Shown in pieces: positions 20,296 through 30,914 of a stretch of DNA of 64,000 nucleotides. The notes beneath the pieces are model-generated. The model saw only the letters and a list, made by a program, of their open reading frames with translations, searched no databases and was not told where the DNA came from. Position 1 is the first letter of the stretch. Each line of letters opens with the position of its first letter. Both the position numbers and the translations under genes were made by a program. The DNA lies in assembly GCF_058153355.1 (NCBI RefSeq), contig NZ_CM177019.1. One strand, 5' to 3'.

Positions 20296-21465
20296 CTTAA
20301 TATCACCGGAACCGGCTGGCTGCCACAAAAGGATGTTGAAGAGGCCGGACAGTATGATTTACTGAAGCTGGGTTTTCAACCGCTGGAGGAGAACAGCAGC
20401 GGTGACATGACGTACAGCCCGTACGAAGGATGGGTGCCGGAAGCGTTTGACTCAATAAGCCGTGCCGCAGAACAGGGAGATGAGTGGCTGTATGAGCAGG
20501 TACCGCCCTTTTATCGTGAGCTGATGGCGGGTATGGATCAGGACGGTGATGGAAAAGTGACGGAGGAAGAGATCAGACAGGCGCTGACCGTGCGTGAACC
20601 ACTGGTGAGAAATGTGGTGAATCGTCTGACAGTCAGACACCACAGCGAGTGGTACGGCGGTCGCTCGACGGGACGCTGGGAAGGGTTTTATAAAGATCTG
20701 GACACCGAGGAAGTGGCATACTGTGAAAAGTGGCAGCTGGATCTGGAGTGGATGAGCGGGGTGTCTCCGTTTAATAGTGATGATGCTGTGTGGCATTTTC
20801 ATCCGGTTGTGTTTTTGAATGCTATTAATAATAGCAATTACCCAAAAACTCCTGTGAATAATGAACTTATTCCATTGGAATTTTTACGATTTTATAACGG
20901 AGATACCATTGATGATGCAGACTATGAAAATGCTGCAAGGACACTACAATGCGAAGTGGCTGCAATTAAAGCTGTTGCAAAAACTGAAACTGGTAGTTCC
21001 GGTAGCTATTTTAAATTTGAACAAGAAGATGATTACGTCCCCTCAATTCTTTTTGAAAGACATCATTTCCATCGATATACGAATGGTGTGTATGATTCTC
21101 AACCTGATATTTCCAACAGCCGTTCTGGCGGTTATGGAACACGATCGGAGCAATATCAAAAATTACTTCGTGCATATGTTTTAGATAAGCAAGCTGCGCT
21201 TAAATCGGCATCGTGGGGTAAATTTCAGATATTGGCTTCAAATTACCAAGCTACCGGGTACTCTTCGCCCGAAGAGTTTATAATATCGATTTCAGAGTTA
21301 GAGAAAAACCATCTGGCGGCATTCATTAACTTCATAAAATCTAATCCTGTATTATTGCGTGCTATTAGAGATAAAGATTGGCTTAACTTTGCTCTATGTT
21401 ATAATGGGCAAAGTCAGCGAGGATATGATGACAGAATAAGGGCTAATTATGAGCAATATAGATAG
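20224..21465 (+). CDS. orphan, N-terminally truncated effector module: conserved EF-hand middle region plus alternative C-terminal N-acetylmuramidase (DUF3380-like) domain
   Basis: Residues from NITGTGWLPQKDVEEAG through HPVVFL are about 95% identical at nucleotide level to 13865-14395 of the 829-aa effector, then diverge into a C-terminus with ILFERHHFHRYT, SWGKFQILASNY and LCYNGQSQ motifs typical of the DUF3380 muramidase family; the first 20 codons derive from H-rpt sequence in another frame. Confidence 0.7.
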   Translation: MPELYPVSALQNFMSALLKGNQGRLNITGTGWLPQKDVEEAGQYDLLKLGFQPLEENSSGDMTYSPYEGWVPEAFDSISRAAEQGDEWLYEQVPPFYRELMAGMDQDGDGKVTEEEIRQALTVREPLVRNVVNRLTVRHHSEWYGGRSTGRWEGFYKDLDTEEVAYCEKWQLDLEWMSGVSPFNSDDAVWHFHPVVFLNAINNSNYPKTPVNNELIPLEFLRFYNGDTIDDADYENAARTLQCEVAAIKAVAKTETGSSGSYFKFEQEDDYVPSILFERHHFHRYTNGVYDSQPDISNSRSGGYGTRSEQYQKLLRAYVLDKQAALKSASWGKFQILASNYQATGYSSPEEFIISISELEKNHLAAFINFIKSNPVLLRAIRDKDWLNFALCYNGQSQRGYDDRIRANYEQYR

Positions 21466-21898
21466 AGCATTAATTTTTATTTTTTTATCTGGAATTCCCT
21501 GGACTCTACACGCAGGAAATAATTATTTTTTATGTAATACATCCAAAGGAACTTTGTCATTAACAAGTTTTGGTGAAACGTTGATTTATGAAATGAATAG
21601 TCAGCATGGGAATAAATTTCAATTCATTTCAGATGGACCAATGTATTCAGGATTTTTTTATAATCATTACTCCAGATTTCAAACGGATTACTTTAGCGTT
21701 AGTTTTATTCAAAGTGGATATAAGTACTCCGTGTTTAGCAATTACGACAACGGTAGTAACATGCGAGGGGTTAGTGTCATTGATATGAAAACAAAAAAAG
21801 AATACGTTTATAATTGCAAAGATTATAAAGTGGACAGGCTTTATAATCTGAAAAAAAAGCTTAAATGTGATATTAATAATGTACTAAGTTGTCAGTAA
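21449..21898 (+). CDS. putative periplasmic immunity protein for the orphan muramidase domain
   Basis: 149-aa ORF overlapping the toxin stop by 17 nt; N-terminal signal peptide (MSNIDRALIFIFLSGIPWTLHA); AT-rich. Confidence 0.55.
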   Translation: MSNIDRALIFIFLSGIPWTLHAGNNYFLCNTSKGTLSLTSFGETLIYEMNSQHGNKFQFISDGPMYSGFFYNHYSRFQTDYFSVSFIQSGYKYSVFSNYDNGSNMRGVSVIDMKTKKEYVYNCKDYKVDRLYNLKKKLKCDINNVLSCQ

Positions 21899-21904
21899 AT
21901 TGTA

Positions 21905-22640
21905 TCTTACAACGTTCGGGCGGTACGATTTACTGAAGCTGGCTTTTCATAGGCTGGAGGAAAACAGCAAGGGTAATAAAGGTAAAGACCATATAACGCC
22001 GATTTTTTGCACTAAACAATTAGCACTAAATGTCCAATAATCAAGATATCCCTTATTATTTAATAAGTGTTTTCATAGCTTATATATATTCAGACACTCC
22101 TTACATAAACAAGGAGAAAAAATGGAACTTAAAAAATTAATGGAGCATATTTCTACTGTCCCGATTACAGACAAGTCTGGAAAGTAGAGTATAAATTATC
22201 AGATATCCTAGTGCTGATTATTTTCGCCATCCTTTCCGGAGCTGAAGGATGGGAAGATATAGAGGATTCTGGTGAGACTCATCTCGATTTGTTGAAGCAA
22301 TATGGTGATTTTTAATATGGTATTCCTATTCACGATATCATTGCCAGAGTTGTGTCCTGTATCAGTCCTGGAAAATTTCACGAGTTCTTTATTAGCTGGA
22401 TGTGTGACTGTCATTCTTCAGATAATAAAACCATCATCGCAATAGATGGAAAAGCACTCCAGCACTTTTTTGATTAGCATCGTCGCAGAGGAACAATTCA
22501 TAATCATTGCGATCTCGACGATGTATAGTCTGATCCTGCGGCAGAACAAGACGGATAAAAAATCTAATGAGAGCACACTCATCAAGAACTTCTCAACCTA
22601 ATGAATATTAAAGAAAAATCATCGCAGCCAATGAAGTAAT
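21905..22640 (+). mobile_element. degenerate third module remnant: effector middle-region fragment plus decayed H-repeat 5' portion
   Basis: 21920-21975 resembles the effector YDLLKLGFQPLEENS coding sequence; 22124-22635 is a diverged H-rpt 5' part with several in-frame stops. Confidence 0.6.
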
Positions 22641-22697
22641 ATGCAAAAATAATTAGTCCTTACAAGGAGCAAAGTTCCATAATCTCCCCCGCCCCCC

Positions 22698-23834
22698 TCA
22701 ATGATCCAAATAAAGATAATGCATCCAACTGGTCATTCTTAGCAGCACTTTCCGCATCACCGAAACATGGCTGAAATGGTCGGAGTAAACCGCCACCTGG
22801 GCGTAGATACCGTCGGGTAAGGCATCAATATCAGCGTTAGGGTCCAGTTCGATGGTTCCCAGCACACCGTCCGTGCCGGGCACGACGGTTAATGATTGCA
22901 GTACCCCTTGCGCCTGATACGAACCACCAGGCACCACCGGCAAGATGCTGGTCAGTTTGCCGTGGAATACCTGCCCAGGTAGCGCGTTAAACACCACTTC
23001 CGCATCATCGCCGGGTTTCAGACGTAACAGCGAGTTCTGCCGAAATTGGGCGACAATTTGCCGTTTTTGCTCGGGGATGAAAACCATCACCGGACGTAGC
23101 GGCAAGGCAGCTGCGTATGTACCTGGGCGGATCAGTACCTGAGTAACGTAGCCATTGCTTGGTGCGCGAATGACAGTCTGCTCAAGGTTATATTTTGCTT
23201 CGGTAAGTTGCGCTCTTAAGCTCACAATCTGCGATTGCTCGCCGTTAACCATACTGTCGAGCTGACTCTGGATCTGCGCCTGCTCCGCCACCGAGCCTTT
23301 CACCAGCGCGTCCTGCGCGAGGAAGTTTTGCCGCGCATCGTCGATGTCACGTTCCGAGAACGGATTCACTGCCGCCTGGCTGCCTTTCAGGTAACGTTGA
23401 TAATTTTTAAACAAGCGGTCACGCTCCGCTGAAACCTGGGTGGTGTTGGCCTGCGCTTCAGTGAGCTGCGCGCGCAGCGTCTTTATATTATGCGTCGCCG
23501 TCATCAGGTCAGCCTGAAGCCTGTCAACTCGCACCTGGTAACGAACCGGGTCGAGTTTAAAAAGCACCTCGCCCTTTTGAATAAGCTGATTATTCTTGTC
23601 AGTGACTTCAGTAACAATTCCCGTCACCTGTGGCGTGATGGGGATCGCTATCACTGCCTTTTGCGCGGTAAAAGTGTAAGGGTGGTTGTAGTTCATCAAC
23701 AAAATCAAACCACTCACCAGAAACACGCCTCCCAGCGCCGCCGTCGCCAGCGTCCACTGATTTACCGGAATGCGGAAGATTTTAAAGACCGCCCACGCCA
23801 GCGCCACGTAAGTTAAAACAATCAATAGATCCAT
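22698..23834 (-). CDS. yibH: HlyD-family membrane fusion / inner membrane protein YibH
   Basis: 378-aa ORF with N-terminal TM helix, coiled-coil middle and beta-barrel C-terminus typical of HlyD/EmrA-like proteins. Confidence 0.85.
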   Translation of the reverse strand: MDLLIVLTYVALAWAVFKIFRIPVNQWTLATAALGGVFLVSGLILLMNYNHPYTFTAQKAVIAIPITPQVTGIVTEVTDKNNQLIQKGEVLFKLDPVRYQVRVDRLQADLMTATHNIKTLRAQLTEAQANTTQVSAERDRLFKNYQRYLKGSQAAVNPFSERDIDDARQNFLAQDALVKGSVAEQAQIQSQLDSMVNGEQSQIVSLRAQLTEAKYNLEQTVIRAPSNGYVTQVLIRPGTYAAALPLRPVMVFIPEQKRQIVAQFRQNSLLRLKPGDDAEVVFNALPGQVFHGKLTSILPVVPGGSYQAQGVLQSLTVVPGTDGVLGTIELDPNADIDALPDGIYAQVAVYSDHFSHVSVMRKVLLRMTSWMHYLYLDH

Positions 23835-23836
23835 AT

Positions 23837-24199
23837 TTAGATCTCCGGGAACGTGGAATAGTCAGTCTTTTTCTCGGCGGCGAGTTGATGCTCCAGCCGG
23901 GAAATTCGGTCAGAAAGTGCGGCGATTTCCGGGTCAGTCGCTTTCTCCTGCGACGCAACATGTGACTGCATACCCCAGCCACGCTCCGGTTGATAGAGCG
24001 TCGCCCAGATCCACAGGAACGGCCAGATAACATGCAGAGTAAACAGGCTCACCCAGCCCGCCGTATGAATAGCGTCGGCATGGGGGTGATTGCGCTTTTT
24101 GGCAATCAGATAAGGGATGTCATGTATCGCGATGATTCCATAAAAAATCACCAGAAAGACGAAGATCAGCACTCCCAACGCGAAATAGTTTAGAAACAT
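23837..24199 (-). CDS. yibI: small inner membrane protein YibI (DUF3302)
   Basis: 120-aa ORF with hydrophobic N-terminal segment, 2 nt upstream of yibH (operon). Confidence 0.8.
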   Translation of the reverse strand: MFLNYFALGVLIFVFLVIFYGIIAIHDIPYLIAKKRNHPHADAIHTAGWVSLFTLHVIWPFLWIWATLYQPERGWGMQSHVASQEKATDPEIAALSDRISRLEHQLAAEKKTDYSTFPEI

Positions 24200-24415
24200 A
24201 TCTGCCTCGGATTCACGTTTATCGGTGTTGTTTTTTGGCTGGCAGCCAGAAGGGAGTCAGGCTGATATTTTGACAATAATTCGGGTTCGCGATTCTCGCC
24301 ATAACACCAAAGAATAATTTTTAGAGGTGATGAGTTGCTTAGTTACATAACGATTTTATGACGAAGGCATAACATGCTGCAGATCACATCAGGTGAACGC
24401 CGTAAGAAAATATCT

Positions 24416-24592
24416 TGTGATTCAGATCACAAAGATTCAACAAACTAACAAAACAAAAATGTGACATTACTCACATTTAAATGCCATTTTTAGCGAAAAT
24501 CGCCGTCTTGTTGCTTTTTTACACAAGTATTTTGTGATGCACATCACGTCAATTACCTCTCTACCCCCTATATTTATGTGATCTATATCACA
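24416..24592 (+). promoter_or_regulatory. mtlA promoter region with four TGTGA-N6-TCACA (CRP-type) palindromes
   Basis: Palindromes at 24416-24431 (TGTGAttcagaTCACA), 24460-24475 (TGTGAcattacTCACA), 24533-24548 (TGTGAtgcacaTCACg) and 24577-24592 (TGTGAtctataTCACA), upstream of mtlA. Confidence 0.7.
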
Positions 24593-24735
24593 CAAAAAGC
24601 CGTCGACTGGACAGTTAACCGATTCAGTGCCAGATTTCGCACTATCAACAAGGTCCGGCTACCTCTGCCGCCACATTAACAAAAAACCTCGGGCTTCCAG
24701 CCTGCGCGACAGCAAACATAAGAAGGGGTGTTTTT

Positions 24736-26649
24736 ATGTCATCCGATATTAAGATCAAAGTGCAAAGCTTTGGTCGTTTCCTCAGCAACATGGTGATGCC
24801 AAATATCGGCGCGTTTATCGCGTGGGGTATCATCACCGCGTTATTTATTCCAACAGGGTGGTTACCGAACGAAACGCTGGCGAAGCTGGTCGGGCCGATG
24901 ATCACTTATCTCCTGCCGCTGCTGATCGGTTATACCGGTGGTAAGCTGGTAGGCGGCGAACGTGGCGGCGTAGTCGGTGCCATCACCACCATGGGCGTTA
25001 TCGTCGGCGCAGATATGCCGATGTTCCTCGGTTCTATGATTGCAGGTCCGCTGGGCGGCTGGTGCATTAAGCACTTCGACCGCTGGGTAGACGGTAAGAT
25101 CAAATCCGGTTTTGAGATGCTGGTGAATAACTTCTCCGCTGGCATCATCGGGATGATCCTCGCTATTCTGGCGTTCCTCGGCATTGGCCCAATTGTTGAA
25201 GCCCTGTCCAAAATGCTGGCTGCGGGCGTTAACTTCATGGTTGTCCATGACATGCTGCCGCTGGCGTCTATCTTTGTTGAACCGGCGAAAATCCTGTTCC
25301 TCAACAACGCCATTAACCACGGTATCTTCTCGCCGCTGGGTATTCAGCAGTCCCATGAACTGGGTAAATCCATCTTCTTCCTGATTGAAGCTAACCCAGG
25401 TCCGGGTATGGGTGTTCTGCTGGCGTACATGTTCTTTGGCCGTGGTAGCGCTAAACAGTCTGCGGGCGGTGCGGCAATCATTCACTTCCTGGGGGGTATC
25501 CACGAAATCTACTTCCCGTATGTGCTGATGAATCCGCGTCTGATCCTGGCCGTTATCCTCGGTGGTATGACTGGCGTATTCACGCTGACTATCCTGGGCG
25601 GTGGTCTGGTTTCACCGGCATCTCCGGGTTCTATCCTTGCTGTACTGGCAATGACACCAAAAGGTGCTTACTTCGCTAACATCGCGGGTGTGTGTGCGGC
25701 GATGGCAGTCTCCTTCGTTGTCTCTGCTATTTTGCTGAAAACCAGCAAAGTGAAAGAAGAAGATGACATTGAAGCAGCAACGCGTCGTATGCAGGACATG
25801 AAAGCTGAATCTAAAGGTGCATCTCCGCTGTCTGCTGGCGATGTGACTAACGACCTGAGCCACGTCCGTAAAATCATCGTTGCCTGTGATGCCGGTATGG
25901 GTTCCAGTGCGATGGGCGCAGGTGTGCTGCGTAAGAAAATTCAGGATGCAGGTCTGTCGCAGATTTCTGTTACTAACAGCGCGATCAACAACCTGCCGCC
26001 AGATGTGGACCTGGTCATCACTCACCGTGACCTGACCGAACGCGCTATGCGCCAGGTTCCGCAGGCACAGCATATTTCGCTGACCAACTTCCTCGACAGC
26101 GGCCTGTACACCAGCCTGACCGAACGTCTGGTTGCTGCCCAGCGCCATACTGAAAACGAAGTAAAAGTGAAAGACAGTCTGAAAGACAGCTTTGACGATT
26201 CCAGTGCTAACCTGTTCAAACTGGGCGCGGAGAACATCTTCCTTGGTCGCAAAGCGGCAACCAAAGAAGAAGCGATTCGTTTTGCTGGCGAGCAGCTGGT
26301 GAAAGGCGGTTACGTTGAGCCGGAATACGTTCAGGCGATGCTGGATCGTGAAAAACTGACCCCGACCTATCTGGGTGAGTCTATCGCGGTGCCGCACGGT
26401 ACGGTTGAAGCGAAAGACCGCGTACTGAAAACGGGCGTGGTGTTCTGCCAGTACCCGGAAGGCGTGCGCTTCGGTGAAGAAGAAGATGACATTGCCCGCC
26501 TGGTGATTGGTATTGCTGCCCGTAACAACGAGCACATTCAGGTGATCACCAGCCTGACCAATGCACTGGATGATGAGTCCGTCATCGAGCGTCTGGCGCA
26601 CACCACCAGCGTGGATGAAGTGCTGGAACTGCTGGCAGGTCGTAAGTAA
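24736..26649 (+). CDS. mtlA: PTS mannitol-specific EIICBA component
   Basis: 637-aa ORF; membrane EIIC domain followed by EIIB and EIIA domains; precedes mtlD and mtlR. Confidence 0.95.
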   Translation: MSSDIKIKVQSFGRFLSNMVMPNIGAFIAWGIITALFIPTGWLPNETLAKLVGPMITYLLPLLIGYTGGKLVGGERGGVVGAITTMGVIVGADMPMFLGSMIAGPLGGWCIKHFDRWVDGKIKSGFEMLVNNFSAGIIGMILAILAFLGIGPIVEALSKMLAAGVNFMVVHDMLPLASIFVEPAKILFLNNAINHGIFSPLGIQQSHELGKSIFFLIEANPGPGMGVLLAYMFFGRGSAKQSAGGAAIIHFLGGIHEIYFPYVLMNPRLILAVILGGMTGVFTLTILGGGLVSPASPGSILAVLAMTPKGAYFANIAGVCAAMAVSFVVSAILLKTSKVKEEDDIEAATRRMQDMKAESKGASPLSAGDVTNDLSHVRKIIVACDAGMGSSAMGAGVLRKKIQDAGLSQISVTNSAINNLPPDVDLVITHRDLTERAMRQVPQAQHISLTNFLDSGLYTSLTERLVAAQRHTENEVKVKDSLKDSFDDSSANLFKLGAENIFLGRKAATKEEAIRFAGEQLVKGGYVEPEYVQAMLDREKLTPTYLGESIAVPHGTVEAKDRVLKTGVVFCQYPEGVRFGEEEDDIARLVIGIAARNNEHIQVITSLTNALDDESVIERLAHTTSVDEVLELLAGRK

Positions 26650-26990
<341 letters not shown>

Positions 26991-27012
26991 AACATTGATG
27001 AAGGTTAATACT

Positions 27013-28161
27013 ATGAAAGCATTACATTTTGGCGCAGGTAATATCGGTCGTGGCTTTATCGGTAAACTGCTGGCAGACGCAGGTATCCAACTGACGTTTG
27101 CCGATGTCAATCAGGTGGTACTTGATGCCCTGAATGCCCGTCATAGCTATCAGGTTCATGTGGTCGGTGAAACCGAGCAGGTAGATACCGTTTCTGGCGT
27201 CAATGCTGTCAGCAGCATTGGTGATGATGTCGTTGAGCTGATTGCTCAGGTTGATTTAGTCACTACCGCCGTGGGCCCGGTTGTGCTGGAACGTATTGCT
27301 CCGGCAATCGCCAAAGGGCTGGTGAAACGTAAAGAACAAGGTAATGAATCCCCGCTGAACATTATCGCCTGTGAAAACATGGTACGCGGCACCACGCAGC
27401 TGAAAGGCCATGTGATGAACGCCCTGCCAGAAGACGCCAAAGCGTGGGTAGAAGAACACGTTGGCTTTGTGGACTCTGCCGTTGACCGCATCGTACCGCC
27501 TTCCGCTTCGGCAACGAACGATCCGCTGGAAGTGACAGTCGAAACCTTCAGCGAATGGATTGTCGATAAAACTCAGTTCAAAGGTGCACTGCCGAACATC
27601 CCAGGCATGGAGTTAACCGACAACCTGATGGCATTTGTTGAGCGTAAACTCTTCACCCTGAATACAGGTCATGCTATAACCGCGTACCTCGGAAAACTGG
27701 CGGGTCATCAGACCATTCGTGACGCGATTCTCGACGCGAAAATCCGCGCGGTGGTAAAAGGTGCGATGGAAGAAAGCGGCGCTGTACTGATTAAGCGTTA
27801 CGGTTTTGACGCGGACAAACATGCGGCGTACATCCAGAAAATCCTTGGTCGTTTTGAAAACCCGTATCTGAAAGACGATGTAGAGCGCGTAGGCCGTCAG
27901 CCGCTGCGTAAACTGAGTGCTGGCGACCGTCTGATCAAGCCACTGCTCGGAACGCTGGAATATGGTCTGCCACATAAAAACCTGATTGAAGGTATTGCCG
28001 CTGCAATGCACTTCCGCAGTGAAGATGATCCGCAGGCTCAGGAACTGGCAGCACTGATTGCCGACAAAGGCCCGCAAGCCGCACTGGCGCAGATTTCTGG
28101 CCTTGATGCTAACAGCGAGGTTGTATCCGAGGCGGTAACCGCTTATAAAGCAATGCAATAA
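27013..28161 (+). CDS. mtlD: mannitol-1-phosphate 5-dehydrogenase
   Basis: Starts [15 protein letters not shown] (Rossmann motif) at ATG 27013; the longer track ORF begins inside the REP cluster and is not the real start. Confidence 0.95.
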   Translation: MKALHFGAGNIGRGFIGKLLADAGIQLTFADVNQVVLDALNARHSYQVHVVGETEQVDTVSGVNAVSSIGDDVVELIAQVDLVTTAVGPVVLERIAPAIAKGLVKRKEQGNESPLNIIACENMVRGTTQLKGHVMNALPEDAKAWVEEHVGFVDSAVDRIVPPSASATNDPLEVTVETFSEWIVDKTQFKGALPNIPGMELTDNLMAFVERKLFTLNTGHAITAYLGKLAGHQTIRDAILDAKIRAVVKGAMEESGAVLIKRYGFDADKHAAYIQKILGRFENPYLKDDVERVGRQPLRKLSAGDRLIKPLLGTLEYGLPHKNLIEGIAAAMHFRSEDDPQAQELAALIADKGPQAALAQISGLDANSEVVSEAVTAYKAMQ

Positions 28162-28748
28162 TGGTGGACCAGGCGCAGGACTCCCTGCGCCCGAATAACA
28201 GATTGTCAGATATGCAGGCAACAATGGAACAAACCCAGGCCTTTGAAAACCGTGTGCTTGAGCGTCTGAATGCTGGCAAAACCGTGCGAAGCTTTCTGAT
28301 TACCGCCGTCGAGCTTTTGACCGAGGCGGTAAATCTTCTGGTGCTTCAGGTATTCCGCAAAGACGATTACGCGGTGAAGTATGCTGTAGAACCGTTACTC
28401 GACGGCGATGGCCCGCTGGGCGATCTTTCTGTGCGTTTAAAACTCATTTACGGGTTGGGTGTCATTAACCGCCATGAATATGAAGATGCGGAACTGCTGA
28501 TGGCATTGCGTGAAGAACTAAATCACGACGGCAATGAGTACGCCTTTACCGACGATGAAATTCTTGGCCCCTTTGGTGAGCTGCACTGTGTGGCGGCGTT
28601 ACCACCGCCGCCACAGTTTGAACCCGCAGACTCCAGTTTGTATGCAATGCAAATTCAGCGTTACCAACAGGCTGTGCGATCAACAATGGTCCTTTCACTG
28701 ACAGAGCTGATTTCCAAAATCAGCTTAAAAAAAGCCTTTCAAAAGTAA
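28161..28748 (+). CDS. mtlR: mannitol operon repressor MtlR
   Basis: 195-aa ORF immediately after mtlD. Confidence 0.9.
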   Translation: MVDQAQDSLRPNNRLSDMQATMEQTQAFENRVLERLNAGKTVRSFLITAVELLTEAVNLLVLQVFRKDDYAVKYAVEPLLDGDGPLGDLSVRLKLIYGLGVINRHEYEDAELLMALREELNHDGNEYAFTDDEILGPFGELHCVAALPPPPQFEPADSSLYAMQIQRYQQAVRSTMVLSLTELISKISLKKAFQK

Positions 28749-28758
28749 GTACTTTCGC

Positions 28759-28968
28759 TTACTTCTCCTCTACCTGTTTCGGCCGATAAAGCCGACGATA
28801 ATACTCCAGACGTTGTAGATATAACGGCACGCTTTCATCAGGTATTCCGGACGGAATCGCATTGCGGGGAGGAAGTTTTTTCAGATACTCCCGGAACGCC
28901 TGGCTCGATGCCATGAAATCTACAGCTTTATCGATAAGAAGCGGAACGTTTTCACCTAATTTGCCCAT
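28759..28968 (-). CDS. yibT: small protein YibT
   Basis: 69-aa ORF convergent with mtlR. Confidence 0.75.
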   Translation of the reverse strand: MGKLGENVPLLIDKAVDFMASSQAFREYLKKLPPRNAIPSGIPDESVPLYLQRLEYYRRLYRPKQVEEK

Positions 28969-29251
28969 GATGATATCTCCGTATTACCCCGCGCCGGGAA
29001 TGCGCGGCCGCCAATTTTAGTTTAGATCCCGGTATAAATGACATTAAGGAAAACGTGCTCAATCCTCAATAATGATCCTCTTCTGTTGTCTATCTTTTTT
29101 CTTTAAATTTCCTAACTAATCAATAGATTGGGTGATTTTCAAACACATTAATGGTTACAATCTGGAACTATTACAATGCCATCTGTTGTGAACAAAGCAC
29201 CTGGTCGCGCATACTAGAGGCTATAAATTTATCTCTATCAGAAGTCATCAC

Positions 29252-29614
29252 ATGAAAGAAGTCGAAAAAAACGAAATCAAACGTCTCAGCGATCGCCTGG
29301 ACGCTATCCGCCATCAGCAGGCTGACCTGTCACTTGTTGAAGCCGCAGATAAATATGCCGAACTGGAAAAAGAAAAAGCCACGCTGGAAGCCGAAATTGC
29401 TCGCCTGCGTGAAGTTCACAGTCAGAAACTCAGTAAAGAAGCGCAAAAACTGATGAAAATGCCCTTCCAGCGCGCGATTACCAAAAAAGAGCAGGCTGAT
29501 ATGGGCAAGCTGAAGAAAAGTGTTCGCGGACTGGTAGTTGTGCATCCGATGACCGCGCTGGGCCGCGAAATGGGCCTGCAAGAGATGACCGGATTCTCTA
29601 AGACCGCATTTTAA
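29252..29614 (+). CDS. yibL: YibL (DUF2810 family, ribosome-associated)
   Basis: 120-aa ORF, highly charged, conserved position upstream of the lld operon. Confidence 0.85.
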
Positions 29615-30187
29615 GTACCTGTCTCACCGCTGTAATCACAGCCTCTCACGATTTACTCGCTCCTGCTGGCACATGCAGGAGCCTGATACCAGATATCGGA
29701 TATCTTTAACATTCTTATCACTATTGCTTCCATCTCACCGGCTCTTTGAAGCGCATATTACAGGCTAAATTCTGAAATTATGGTATGGAATAAAAAAGTG
29801 ATATATAAGCGATAACAATGAATTAATGCACATTAATGCCTGTAACAGCCATTAATTATTTATATTTATCGCTCAGAATCACACACTTCCCAAGAAAACA
29901 TCACCATGCTGAATATTAATATTTCTCCTGGTCGGTGTTTTCATCCGGTGAAACATTTGACATTGATTGACATCGATCATTAAAATCCGCGCGATTAATA
30001 TTATTGGCTACAATCTGAAATTGTCTGACATTTAATGTCATATTCGCACTACCAATTAATACAACAATTAATAGAAAAAGTCTCTTATAAATTTATATAA
30101 CGTATATTTTCCACTCGAATCATTCATAAAAAGGATGATTACGCCGTAACAGTTAACGTATCGGGATCATGAAAAGGAATTCACCCT

Positions 30188-30871
30188 ATGAGCATCAAAA
30201 AAGCACTATTAAGCATGTTGATAACATTGCCACTCTGGGTATTGACTGGGTGTGACTATATTGAGAAAGCGAATCTGATCGACGATCTTGCCAAACAGCA
30301 AGAATTGCAAAAAAGTAAAATAGAGATTCTTGAAAAACAACAAGAACAATATAAAAGAAAAATAGAAATTATTGAAAATCAACAAATTAATATTGCAAAC
30401 ACCACTAAAGTGCTGGCGGGTGTAGTAAAGACGGTCAAAGACAAACAGAACGAATTTGTCTTCACCGAATTTAACCCAGCACAAACAAAATACTTCATTT
30501 TAAACAATGGCTCGGTTGGTTTGGCAGGCCGGGTGCTGTCTATTGATGCAGTTGAAAATGGTAGCGTTATTCGTATTTCGCTGGTCAACCTATTAAGCGT
30601 TCCCGTATCAAATATTGGCTTTCAAGCCACATGGGGCAGTGAAAGACCCACCGATACCAAAGCGCTGTCGAAGTGGCAACAATTACTTTTCAACACCACC
30701 ATGAACTCCACCCTGCAATTAATGCCTGGTCAATGGCAAGACATTAACCTGACATTAAAAGGCGTTTCACCTAATAACCTGAAGTATCTGAAATTGTCCA
30801 TCAATATGGCCAATCTCCAGTTCGACACTGTTCAACCTGCTGAAACTCAGCAGCGGAAAAACAAAAAATAA
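30188..30871 (+). CDS. putative lipoprotein
   Basis: 227 aa; signal peptide with lipobox LTGC (Cys22); coiled-coil-like Q/E/K-rich region; immediately upstream of the adhesin gene. Confidence 0.7.
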   Translation: MSIKKALLSMLITLPLWVLTGCDYIEKANLIDDLAKQQELQKSKIEILEKQQEQYKRKIEIIENQQINIANTTKVLAGVVKTVKDKQNEFVFTEFNPAQTKYFILNNGSVGLAGRVLSIDAVENGSVIRISLVNLLSVPVSNIGFQATWGSERPTDTKALSKWQQLLFNTTMNSTLQLMPGQWQDINLTLKGVSPNNLKYLKLSINMANLQFDTVQPAETQQRKNKK

Positions 30872-30914
30872 ATGCAGCTTCTGCGCTTATATCAAGGAAT
30901 AGAGAACATCAATA

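Noticed and set aside
22208-22414. 68-aa minus-strand ORF in the degenerate H-rpt remnant (also 16016-16222 in the full copy)
   Set aside because: Antisense to H-rpt transposase sequence and repeated only because the element is repeated.
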